Part shown: one piece after another, positions 8,318-17,171 of the stretch | How the letters are laid out: each line of letters opens with the position of its first letter | Numbering within the stretch: position 1 is the first letter of the stretch | Assembly (NCBI GenBank): GCA_016926735.1 | Contig: JAFGOA010000022.1 | Span: 1-24,593 of the forward strand | DNA from: Promethearchaeota archaeon | Lineage (GTDB): Archaea; Asgardarchaeota; Lokiarchaeia; Sigyniarchaeales; SOKP01 | Direction: 5' to 3' | Length of the DNA: 24,593 nt | Notes under the pieces: model-generated | The model's input: only the letters and a program-made list of their open reading frames with translations | Told to the model about the DNA's origin: nothing | The model's database searches: none | Position numbers and translations under genes: made by a program

Positions 8318-9622
8318 TTATTTTATCCAAGGGTCTGGTAATTTTAATCCCTCTAAAGCTTTATCTTCAAATATTTGTTTTGCAACATGCATTAAAGATT
8401 TTTCTATACCTGCGATATTATGATTTGTCGCAACAAGGAGATTTAATTTTTTACAAATTCCTTGAGCATCAGACCATATATGATATAACAGTAATCCACG
8501 AGGGGCCTCTGTTACACCAATGCCTTGACCTTCTCTAGGTTCAATATCAAGAGTTTTACAATCTGGATTACATATATCCGGATCTTCAAGATATTTTTTG
8601 ATTAATTCAATTGCCTCAACGGTCTCAATTAATCTTGCCCAATGATAGGCAAAAGTATGATGAGAAATTTGGCCAACTTTATCTCTAAAAGCTTTTAACG
8701 CATCATCAGCTAATGGAGTTGCCATTTTATCAGCGGCATTTATCATAGCTAAGCAATTAGCTCTATAAATCCCTTCAGGGTATCCTGCTGGTTTATAATA
8801 CATATGAGTCGCATAAGAATGTTCTGGAATATGTTCCCCTAACGCATCAAGATAATTATGAACATTATAATCTATTTTTTTACCTTCTGGAGTTACAATA
8901 CGAATATCTCCATTATATATATCATGAATTCCATTTTTTGTCATTCCTAAATAATATGTAGGAACTACACCAACATTAGCAACAACATCCCAATAATCTT
9001 CTACAACTTTTAATCCAATCTCGACAGTTTTTTTAGTAAATTCTATCTGTTCATCAATTTCTTTTAGAAATTTATCACGAATATCTTCATCTAATGATTT
9101 TTTCATACCACCAACAATAGCAGAGATAGGATGAACTGATTTTCCACCTATGGCAGCACATAATTTCTGACCAAAATCCATCATTTTCATTGCCATGGCT
9201 CCTACCTCAGGCATTTTATTTATAACATGAACTACATTTCTTAATGCTGGATCTGCCATTGGCCCTAATAGGAAATCAGGTGCGGCTAAAGCATAAAAAT
9301 GTAGAATATGAGAACTATATTGTTTAGCATTCATTAAAAGTTGTCTTAATTTTAAAGCAGGTGTTGGTATTTTTACATTCCATGCATCTTCAACAGCTTT
9401 GGTTGGTGTTAAATGATGAGGAATTGGACAAATACCACATATTCTTGGTGTTATTCTTGGTACATGTTCACAATAACGACCTTCACAAAATTTCTCAAAA
9501 AATCTTGTAGAAGTCACATTAAATTGAACATCTTGTACTTTTCCATCATCACCTAGAGTTAATCTTAGGCCCCCATGACCTTCTAATCGAGTAACTGGTT
9601 CAACTTCTATTTCTTTTACCAT
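8318..9622 (-). CDS. vhuA: F420-non-reducing (group 3c) hydrogenase large subunit, lacking the C-terminal CxxC
   Basis: EPVTRLEGHG, RFFEKF, PRICGICPIPH (L1 motif), SHILHFY, EAPRG and LLVATNHN. It ends ...LPDPWIK with no DPCxxC motif, the VhuA-type split of MvhA. Confidence 0.93.
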   Translation of the reverse strand: MVKEIEVEPVTRLEGHGGLRLTLGDDGKVQDVQFNVTSTRFFEKFCEGRYCEHVPRITPRICGICPIPHHLTPTKAVEDAWNVKIPTPALKLRQLLMNAKQYSSHILHFYALAAPDFLLGPMADPALRNVVHVINKMPEVGAMAMKMMDFGQKLCAAIGGKSVHPISAIVGGMKKSLDEDIRDKFLKEIDEQIEFTKKTVEIGLKVVEDYWDVVANVGVVPTYYLGMTKNGIHDIYNGDIRIVTPEGKKIDYNVHNYLDALGEHIPEHSYATHMYYKPAGYPEGIYRANCLAMINAADKMATPLADDALKAFRDKVGQISHHTFAYHWARLIETVEAIELIKKYLEDPDICNPDCKTLDIEPREGQGIGVTEAPRGLLLYHIWSDAQGICKKLNLLVATNHNIAGIEKSLMHVAKQIFEDKALEGLKLPDPWIK

Positions 9623-9624
9623 TT

Positions 9625-10989
9625 TTAATTTCCTCCCTTATATTCTTTATTTGAAGCTAATGTAAATTTTTCAAAAGTACCAATATGATCTTTTACTTGA
9701 GAAAGTAATTCTTCTTTTGATATACTTACATTGAATTGTTTAAGTATTGTATCAGCAAATCTTTCTGCTTGATTTACCCCCCATTTTGTTTGTCCATAAC
9801 ATCCTGTACATGGAGCGTTAACATTTATACACATTCCACCACAACCTGCATTTGTTACTGGTCCCATACAAATATATCCTTGCTCAATAAAACAATCTTC
9901 TAAGTTTGGTAATCCTTCATAATCTCTCTTTACTCTAGTCATTGTAGATTTGCTATGTGTTATTCTAGAGCACGTATCACATACATTAGATATTTTATGA
10001 AAATCTCTATTATCTCTAAGATAATATAGTAATTTTGAAGTAATACTTTCAGCTTGAGATGGTAAATTAGGCAATGATGTAGAAACTATTCCTTTTTTTT
10101 TAATCTGTTTTAAAATATCTCCTGATAAATCAAACCCAGCCATAAGTGGCAGATTTAAATATAATGTTAAAAATTCATATAAATTTTTTTTATCACCTGA
10201 GCTCATTGAACTTAAATTATCTGTCATTGAGTTTAATTTATCGATTTTTGAAGCTACTATTTTTGCAGGACCCATACATCCTACACACGCATTACCGTTT
10301 GTAGGACATTTTATTGAGCACCCACTGCTAGTAATCGATCCAAAACATAATTGTCCTTTATCTAATAAACATCCTTCTTGATTTAAGGGACATTCATTAC
10401 AAAATGCGGATTCTTTTACAGGAAATGGTTTTTGCCCTAATAAAAATAATACAGAACTAATAATATGCTCTGGTTTAGGAGGACATCCAGACATATAAGC
10501 ATCTACTTTTATAATATTATCCAATGGAATAATATTTTTTTCAAATTCAGGAACATGCTTATCTGGAACTCTACTACTGCCATCTGCAATACTTTCTACT
10601 TCCAAAAATTTCCTTCCTGTAAGTTGTTCTAAAGTTGATTCGTTTGCTAATCCATGAACATTTCCATAACATGAACAACTACCAAAAGCTATAATAAGTT
10701 GACATTTTCTTCTCATTAATTTAGCAGCATCCACATCTTGTTTAGTTCGAAGACTTCCTTCAATAAAACCTACAAGTATTTCCCCATCTTCTCTATTTTC
10801 GAGAGATTTATATTTGAAATCAACAACACATGGCCAATAGACTATTTCCAAAGCTGGAAGGAGAGGTAACAATCCCAGATGTGCATTTAAAAGACTTTGA
10901 TGACACCCCCAACAATCAGAGCATTGATTAAATGCAACTTTAACACGAGAATCTTCGATATTATTATTATCCTCTTTATTTTTTATCAT
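9625..10989 (-). CDS. vhuG: F420-non-reducing hydrogenase small subunit, extended form
   Basis: CSDCWGC, FIEGS, AFGSCSCYG and GCPP (proximal cluster). These are followed by two copies of the 8-Cys MvhG-type C-terminal module. Ends 2 nt before vhuA. Confidence 0.9.
   Translation of the reverse strand: MIKNKEDNNNIEDSRVKVAFNQCSDCWGCHQSLLNAHLGLLPLLPALEIVYWPCVVDFKYKSLENREDGEILVGFIEGSLRTKQDVDAAKLMRRKCQLIIAFGSCSCYGNVHGLANESTLEQLTGRKFLEVESIADGSSRVPDKHVPEFEKNIIPLDNIIKVDAYMSGCPPKPEHIISSVLFLLGQKPFPVKESAFCNECPLNQEGCLLDKGQLCFGSITSSGCSIKCPTNGNACVGCMGPAKIVASKIDKLNSMTDNLSSMSSGDKKNLYEFLTLYLNLPLMAGFDLSGDILKQIKKKGIVSTSLPNLPSQAESITSKLLYYLRDNRDFHKISNVCDTCSRITHSKSTMTRVKRDYEGLPNLEDCFIEQGYICMGPVTNAGCGGMCINVNAPCTGCYGQTKWGVNQAERFADTILKQFNVSISKEELLSQVKDHIGTFEKFTLASNKEYKGGN
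9632..9636 (-). promoter_or_regulatory. Possible Shine-Dalgarno site (GGAGG) for vhuA, inside the end of vhuG
   Basis: Minus strand GGAGG-aaattaaaa-ATG with a 9-nt spacer. It could equally reflect the Gly-Gly codons of vhuG. Confidence 0.35.
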
Positions 10990-11217
10990 TTTCGATCTTT
11001 TTTTTCTTTTTCAAAAATATTTTTAAAAAATTCAAGTTGAATAGATTGTATCATTTACTTTTAATAAAAATTACTCACATAGAAATTAAATTTCAATTAA
11101 ATAAATCAATATATCTAATAAATAGATAAAAATATCTAAATCGTCAATATAAGGGAATTTATCAAATCAATAACTTAACTAAATAATATATTTAGAAAAT
11201 TAACATTTTATTCTTGA

Positions 11218-11628
11218 TTATTTTAACTTATTGATCATATTGTCAATAACATTGTTAAAATCTGAAAAAATAGAAATTTCTGAATAATCATTAACAGAAT
11301 ATTTTAAGTAAAATTTATCAGTTATATTTTCAAGTAAAGTCATGACTTTTTTCTTCCACTTTCTCTCAAAATTTTTTAATTTATTTATAACAATATAAAT
11401 AAAAAGGTTAGCATCCATTTCTGTAGCACCTTTTTTCTTTTTAAAAATAATATTGTAATTATTACCTTCAAAGTATTCTAATGGAGAAATTAAATTTTCA
11501 GCAAAATTAATCAAACTTGATATTAATGCACTTTTATTTGTTATTCCCACATTATTTTCTGTTTGATTATATTTTCTACATATAATCGGTATACTCTCTA
11601 TTAAAATTCCTACTTCTTCTACTAACAT
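11218..11628 (-). CDS. Hypothetical protein, longin-like domain (Asgard type)
   Basis: 136 aa with a beta-beta-alpha-beta-beta-beta-alpha-alpha pattern: VGIL..IPIICRKY, helix SALISSLINFAENL, strands, helix LLENITDKFYLKY and terminal FSDFNNVIDNMI. Confidence 0.55.
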   Translation of the reverse strand: MLVEEVGILIESIPIICRKYNQTENNVGITNKSALISSLINFAENLISPLEYFEGNNYNIIFKKKKGATEMDANLFIYIVINKLKNFERKWKKKVMTLLENITDKFYLKYSVNDYSEISIFSDFNNVIDNMINKLK

Positions 11629-11861
11629 ATTCTTTTTGATATTTGTCTTAATAAAAATATAATAGAATTATTTTTTAAATGTTATTTATTAGAATGATAG
11701 TTCTACTAATAATATTGGAAATATGAAAATGATAGAGTTTTAAATTCTCAATAAAAAAAATTAATAATTTTGATTTTTTGTATGAATAGAATATAAAAAA
11801 TAATTTTAATTAAAAAAGAGCATTATTCTAATTACAATAAGGTTGAAGAAATTAATAAAAA

Positions 11862-12104
11862 ATGTGTTTAGCTATCCCAGGTAAAATTATAAATATCGAT
11901 GGAAATACTGCACTAGTAGATTTTAATGGTATTTACCAAAAAATTGTTATTGCTTTAGTAAAAGATCCAGAAATCGGTAAATATGTTGTTGTTCATGCTG
12001 GATATGCAATAGAGATTATGGATGAATTCGAAGCACAAGATGCAATTAATCAATGGAAAGAAATTGCTAAAGAGCAAAATCTTGATATTTCTGATGTTTT
12101 ATAA
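11862..12104 (+). CDS. hypC: Hydrogenase assembly chaperone HypC
   Basis: N-terminal MCLAIPGKI, ALVDFNG and GKYVVVHAGYAI. Confidence 0.97.
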   Translation: MCLAIPGKIINIDGNTALVDFNGIYQKIVIALVKDPEIGKYVVVHAGYAIEIMDEFEAQDAINQWKEIAKEQNLDISDVL

Positions 12105-12902
12105 ATCAAAGATCTCTTTTTTTAATTCTAAAAGATTATAAAATAATGTTTTAAGGGAATTTAGAGATTTAGAATTAGGGGCATAATCTATAGGTGCAGT
12201 TCCTTGTAAATCTGCATTTCCAATTTCCTCATCATAAGGAATTATGTGATATAATGGTATTTTCCAATCAGATATTCTCTGGTTTATTATAGATATTTGG
12301 TTATTATTTATTATTTTATTAGCAATCAAATAGATGTTAATTATTCCTAATTTTTTTGATAATTTAGCTATTTTCAAAGATAATTCTAAAGATTTTTGGC
12401 TGGGTTCAGTAACGATTAACATCAAATCTATTCCTTTAGCTGTACCTCGACCTAAATGTTCTAAACCAGCTTCAAAATCTACAATAAGTATTTCATCTCT
12501 TTTAGTAATTAGATTATGTAATAATGTTCTTATTAATGCATTTTCAGGACATAAACAGCCAGATTGAGGCTCCTCGATAGATCCTAATACAAGTAATTCT
12601 AAATTATCAGATACTTTTATTTTAAACCGATCTGGGATATCTGCAACTTGAGGATTAATATTATAAACTCCTGACCCTCCTCCTTCCATTGTAACTCTTT
12701 CTTTTATCAATTCTTTCATTTTAGAAATAGGAGTTATAGTATTTCTTATTTCCTTATCAATACCTAAAGTATAACTAAGATTCATAGCTGAATCATTATC
12801 AATTGCTAATACATTATAATCATTTTGTGCAAATAATCGAGCTAAGGTTCCGGCAATTAAAGTTTTTCCAACTCCACCTTTACCAGATACAGCTATTTTC
12901 AT
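12099..12902 (-). CDS. cooC: CooC/AcsF-type nickel-insertion ATPase (MinD/SIMIBI family)
   Basis: MKIAVSGKGGVGKT deviant Walker A, LAIDND, the Ni-binding GCLCPEN CxC motif and VDFEAGLEHLGRGT. Confidence 0.88.
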   Translation of the reverse strand: MKIAVSGKGGVGKTLIAGTLARLFAQNDYNVLAIDNDSAMNLSYTLGIDKEIRNTITPISKMKELIKERVTMEGGGSGVYNINPQVADIPDRFKIKVSDNLELLVLGSIEEPQSGCLCPENALIRTLLHNLITKRDEILIVDFEAGLEHLGRGTAKGIDLMLIVTEPSQKSLELSLKIAKLSKKLGIINIYLIANKIINNNQISIINQRISDWKIPLYHIIPYDEEIGNADLQGTAPIDYAPNSKSLNSLKTLFYNLLELKKEIFDL

Positions 12903-13020
12903 AATGAATTTATAATTAGAATTAATCTAAATCTAATAAATAATTTGAATAAAATATAATTTTAATAATTTTTGATATGTTTTAGGAGATTAGACAATTG
13001 TCCAATTTTTAAAAAAGGAA

Positions 13021-14334
13021 TCAAGAATTATTTTTAATAAAATAATTTTTAGCTAATTGTCTAACATCTGCATCATTATCTTTCAATATTTCTAACATAA
13101 TTTTATCAAGACTTTCAACTGGAGTATATTCACTAAGAGCTTTTATTGCATAATATCTAATTAGCCATTCACTATCGTTTATAAAATCTTTCAAGACATC
13201 AAAGATTTTTTGTGTTTTTATGTGTCTCAATATTTTTATTGCAAATCTCCTTATATCGGAATTAGAACTCCATAGGTTTCGTATTAACGAGTCTATGATT
13301 GCAGATTTATGACTTTCTGATATATTTGCAAAAAGAGTATCTAAAAATAATATTTGATAGTATATTGGGAGATTTTCTAAATCAAAATGTTTAGATCTAA
13401 TAATATCTTGATTGTTTAAATTTGTAGGAGGTTTATTTTGTAAAATTTGATTTTTTAATGACTCTATTTCTTGTTCTAATTGCTTAATTATGTCTTTAGA
13501 GACAGTATCATTTTCCAAATCTATTATCTCATGATTCACTTGTTGTTGGTTTTTAAAATTCTCAAAATCTTTTTGTAGATTATTATAATCATTCGATAAT
13601 TGATTTAGTTGATTATCCTTCTCATTTATATCATTTTGAAGATTTTCTATTTTATTTATATAATTTTCTATCTCTTCATTGTTTATTTTTCTTTCTTGTT
13701 CTATATCATTTAAGATTTCATCAATAACTTCATTGTTTGAATTGTTATTTATTTCTTTATTTAGTTTATCCAATTCAGACTGTAAATAACTTATATGAAT
13801 TTCAAGATCTTCGATAATTGTCTTACTATTATCTCTTTCTTTTATAATTTGGTTTAATTCTTTAGTTAATTTGTCTATAGTCTCATTTGTTTCCCTCTCT
13901 TCAATAATCTGTTTTAATGTCTCTATTTGCTTTTGATAATTGTCAATATCAATGGAAAGGTCCATAATTTCTTGATTTGCTTCAAATAATTCTTGTTGAT
14001 AAGCTGCTTTTGTAGAAATATTATTTTCATCTAAGAATTTAGAATCTTGTTTTTCGATTTGCTCTTGTAAAAATAAGATATCCTTTTCCTTTTGAGTAAG
14101 TTCTTCTCTTTGTGAAAGAATTAAATCTTTTAATATTTTAATATCCGATGGAATTTCTTCTTGTTTAATGGAATTCCGAGTTTTTTCGGTTTCTATCAGT
14201 ATTTTTTGTTCTTTTATTGTATTTTTCAATCTATTTATTTCTTCCTTTAAAGATGAGATCGTTAATTCATATTGAGCTTGAATTTTATTCTTTTCTTCAG
14301 CAATATCTATCAGATCCTTAATATTTTGGTCCAT
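13021..14334 (-). CDS. Long coiled-coil protein with C-terminal HEAT repeats
   Basis: About 300 aa of E/K/Q/N/I/L heptads, then HEAT-like repeats (SSNSDIRRFAIKIL, DSEWLIRYYAIKAL, DNDADVRQLA). I place the start at ATG 14334 (MDQNIK) rather than GTG 14394, whose extension looks like intergenic sequence. Confidence 0.75.
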   Translation of the reverse strand: MDQNIKDLIDIAEEKNKIQAQYELTISSLKEEINRLKNTIKEQKILIETEKTRNSIKQEEIPSDIKILKDLILSQREELTQKEKDILFLQEQIEKQDSKFLDENNISTKAAYQQELFEANQEIMDLSIDIDNYQKQIETLKQIIEERETNETIDKLTKELNQIIKERDNSKTIIEDLEIHISYLQSELDKLNKEINNNSNNEVIDEILNDIEQERKINNEEIENYINKIENLQNDINEKDNQLNQLSNDYNNLQKDFENFKNQQQVNHEIIDLENDTVSKDIIKQLEQEIESLKNQILQNKPPTNLNNQDIIRSKHFDLENLPIYYQILFLDTLFANISESHKSAIIDSLIRNLWSSNSDIRRFAIKILRHIKTQKIFDVLKDFINDSEWLIRYYAIKALSEYTPVESLDKIMLEILKDNDADVRQLAKNYFIKNNS

Positions 14335-14456
14335 AATAAATAGAATTTTTATTTTATCCTTATATATATACTTAAAATAAATACATAAGTACACTTTAAA
14401 AAATATTACCTAATTTTCATTTTTTACAATAAAAATAAAAATAAAAATAAAATATG

Positions 14457-14933
14457 TTAGACGACTGTAATTTCTCTGATCACATCTCCTTGCTTTATAG
14501 AATTTACTACATCTTGATCAGCATTGCTTAAAATTTCTCCAAAAATAGTATGTTTGTTATTTAACCAAGGAGTAGGTACATGAGTAATGAAAAATTGAGA
14601 CCCATTTGTATTTTGACCAGCATTTGCCATTGCTAAAATTCCAGCTTTATTAAAAATTCTTTTTGATTGAAATTCATCTTGAAAAGGATAATTAATTTGT
14701 GTTCCTTGATAAGGAAATGATTTAATTCCTTTATCCCTAGGTCCACCGGTACCTCTGCCTAAAGGATCTCCTCCTTGTATCATAAAATCTTCAATCACTC
14801 GATGGAAGATAATACCATTATAAAATTTTTCATTGATTAAAAAAAGAAAGCTAGCTACTGTTATTGGAGCATCTTTATCGAAAAGATTTATATTAATCTC
14901 TCCTTTGTATGTTGAAATCTTAATAATTGTCAT
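14457..14933 (-). CDS. Cyclophilin-type peptidyl-prolyl cis-trans isomerase
   Basis: APITV, FYNGIIFHRVIEDFMIQGGDP, MANAGQNTNGSQFFIT and WLNNKHTIFG. Confidence 0.96.
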   Translation of the reverse strand: MTIIKISTYKGEININLFDKDAPITVASFLFLINEKFYNGIIFHRVIEDFMIQGGDPLGRGTGGPRDKGIKSFPYQGTQINYPFQDEFQSKRIFNKAGILAMANAGQNTNGSQFFITHVPTPWLNNKHTIFGEILSNADQDVVNSIKQGDVIREITVV

Positions 14934-15224
14934 ATAATAATCTAAATTATACTTTTTATAATAATATTATTTCAACTCTTCAATAAAATTTTGTAGGAAC
15001 TTATGATTGATGATATAAATATAAATTATCACTATCAAATGACTAACATAATACTATAGCTGAAGAAAGATTTATGATTGCAATCTAATTAGCAGAATTC
15101 TAAGTTCAATCAAGATTATATAATTTTTCTGTTAAGGGATATGATTCTAGAGGAGGAGCAACCAATATTTTCTCTTATGGATTAATTGATCAAAAATTAG
15201 TATATTTTCAAATTTCATTTTTTT

Positions 15225-15740
15225 TTATTTTTCTATTTTAAATTCCCAAGCGCAAAAATAATTGTCTGGATGCCTATCTGGGGGACAACATATACATTGA
15301 ACTTTAATTCTTGAATCAATTGTTTTTGCAAATTCAGAATATTCAATCATTCCAACAGATTTACATGGAAAATCCGGTAGATTCTTAGTTTTTCTTGCTG
15401 CTTGAACCCTACAATTATTCATTCTAAAAACACATCGATTTTCAGAAATCTCTAATATTTCTTGTTCATTTATATTCGCGTATACGCGATATTTCAAGGC
15501 TTTAATAAGTGCTGGAATTCCTCCATTTTCAGGGATATTAAATCTTTTCATAATTCGTTTAGCTTCAATTGGACTAAACAATTTCCACGAAATTTCATCT
15601 AAATGAATTGCAATTTCAGTTCCATATTTTTGTTCAACTGATAAAAACCATGTACCATCAATTGCCAACCAATTTTTTGAAATATCCTCAATATAATCAA
15701 GTAACTCTTCTTTTGACAGACTTTCTAAATCTCTATTCAT
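15225..15740 (-). CDS. DUF6125-like protein (V4R-like fold, Cys-rich)
   Basis: KNWLAIDGTWF, CRVQAAR, FPCKSVG and CICCPPDxHP..FCAWEF pattern. Start is ATG 15740 or TTG 15752. Confidence 0.7.
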   Translation of the reverse strand: MNRDLESLSKEELLDYIEDISKNWLAIDGTWFLSVEQKYGTEIAIHLDEISWKLFSPIEAKRIMKRFNIPENGGIPALIKALKYRVYANINEQEILEISENRCVFRMNNCRVQAARKTKNLPDFPCKSVGMIEYSEFAKTIDSRIKVQCICCPPDRHPDNYFCAWEFKIEK

Positions 15741-15830
15741 AGTAATTTTCAATAATTATCTCTAAAAAATAAATTTATCAATAAAGTAAGAATAGTATCT
15801 TATAGGAAAATTAAGGATTAAAACATAGAG

Positions 15831-17150
15831 ATGCAAAACAAACATATTTTGAATATAATTTTGGCAAATCTACTTTGGAGTATCGTACCAATTTTAGCAT
15901 CAGATTTATTCAAAACCCAGTCAATTATAATGGTAATTTTTCAAAGGTTCTTAATATCTGGAATTATTCTTTTTATTATAACTATTATTTTGACATTATA
16001 TAATAATAAAATAAGCGAGAAAGAGAAAATTCCTTTTAGTCAATTATTTAATCATTTATTGAAAAAAAATGAAGGATTTTTTGGTTTAAAATATTATATC
16101 TATTTTCTATTATTGGGATTTTTGGGCATTATTCTTCATATTTTAGGTTATTTCTTTGCATTAAAACTAGCATCCATTTCGTTTGCTCTTGTAGGATTTC
16201 AATTAAGTATCATAATTATAGCATTTTATGAACATGGTGTACGATTAGAGCGTTTAGATATTTTTAAGGCATTATATTTACTTATTTTAATATTTTGCAT
16301 AATTATCATAAGTTATATTAAGTTCCAAGATCCATCTCAAACATTTATTAATTCTTCATTTGTTGGATGGTTTTATATTATCCTTTTTGCTGTTTGTGTT
16401 TCATTTTTACATATAGGTATAAGTAAAGATACCTATAAAACAAAAGAAGTAGACTTATTAAACAGAAATAGTGATTATAAAATAATTAGAATGCTTTTAA
16501 AGCTTTCTTTAGTCTTTATTTTAGGTTTTATCCCTTTTATTCCCTTTCTTATAATAATTTATTTTTTTCCTCTTGAAAGTCATTTATACAACGAGATTAT
16601 TTTGTTTGTTTCAGACTTACCAAATTTCATAAATATTTTATTTGACTGGAGAATGATTCTTTTAATAGTTTTTTCAACAATTATTCCATATTTATTAATG
16701 TTTATTTCAAATGCAAATTGGAGTCAATATAATTTAACATATAGTCAATGGATGAGTATTCTAACAATCATAGAACCAATTTTATCATTAGTTTTTGGTT
16801 ATATTATTATTGGCGAATATTTTCCATTAGAATATCTTATTATAGTCCTTTTTTTATTAGTTATATCAATTTTATTCAGATATGCCCATGAAGCTAGAAG
16901 TAAAGTTAATGCTTACATTTTACTCCGTTTAAAACAAGGATTATTAAATTCTATCCCTATTAAATTATTAAAACTTGATGGAGTATGTTGTGTTCAAAGT
17001 TTAATTGGTACTTATGATTTATTGTTAAACATTAAAACAAATTCGATAAAAGATATTTATAAATTGATAAATAAAGAAATTAGACAACTTGAAGGAATTG
17101 ATAAAATTGAAATATTATTTATAAATAAAATTAATAAAGTAAATCAATAA
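15831..17150 (+). CDS. EamA/DMT-family transporter fused to a C-terminal Lrp/AsnC ligand-binding (RAM) domain
   Basis: About 10 hydrophobic segments with EamA hallmarks (ANLLWS, QRFLISG, IIEPILSLVFGYIIIGE). The last ~80 aa (AYILL..LDGV..VQSLIGTYDLLLNI..IRQLEGIDKIE) match the AsnC C-terminal domain. Confidence 0.8.
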   Translation: MQNKHILNIILANLLWSIVPILASDLFKTQSIIMVIFQRFLISGIILFIITIILTLYNNKISEKEKIPFSQLFNHLLKKNEGFFGLKYYIYFLLLGFLGIILHILGYFFALKLASISFALVGFQLSIIIIAFYEHGVRLERLDIFKALYLLILIFCIIIISYIKFQDPSQTFINSSFVGWFYIILFAVCVSFLHIGISKDTYKTKEVDLLNRNSDYKIIRMLLKLSLVFILGFIPFIPFLIIIYFFPLESHLYNEIILFVSDLPNFINILFDWRMILLIVFSTIIPYLLMFISNANWSQYNLTYSQWMSILTIIEPILSLVFGYIIIGEYFPLEYLIIVLFLLVISILFRYAHEARSKVNAYILLRLKQGLLNSIPIKLLKLDGVCCVQSLIGTYDLLLNIKTNSIKDIYKLINKEIRQLEGIDKIEILFINKINKVNQ

Positions 17151-17171
17151 CAAAATGGAGAAAAAGATTAA

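Noticed and set aside
12334-12567. Plus-strand 77-aa ORF
   Set aside because: Antisense shadow of cooC.
13400-14334. Calling the coiled-coil protein SMC or myosin-like
   Set aside because: No Walker A/B, hinge or motor domain. The resemblance is compositional only.
15001-15046. Plus-strand AUGA-stem-loop-GA resembling a SECIS (ATGATTGATGATA...TATCACTATCAAATGAC)
   Set aside because: No plus-strand ORF with an in-frame TGA lies upstream, both neighbours are on the minus strand, and the stem is AT-rich and imperfect. At most it is an operator for the cyclophilin gene.
15105-15220. Short frame containing KGYDS, reminiscent of IS5/IS4 transposases
   Set aside because: No start codon, the catalytic Asp before KGY is absent, and no terminal inverted repeats or other transposase motifs were seen.
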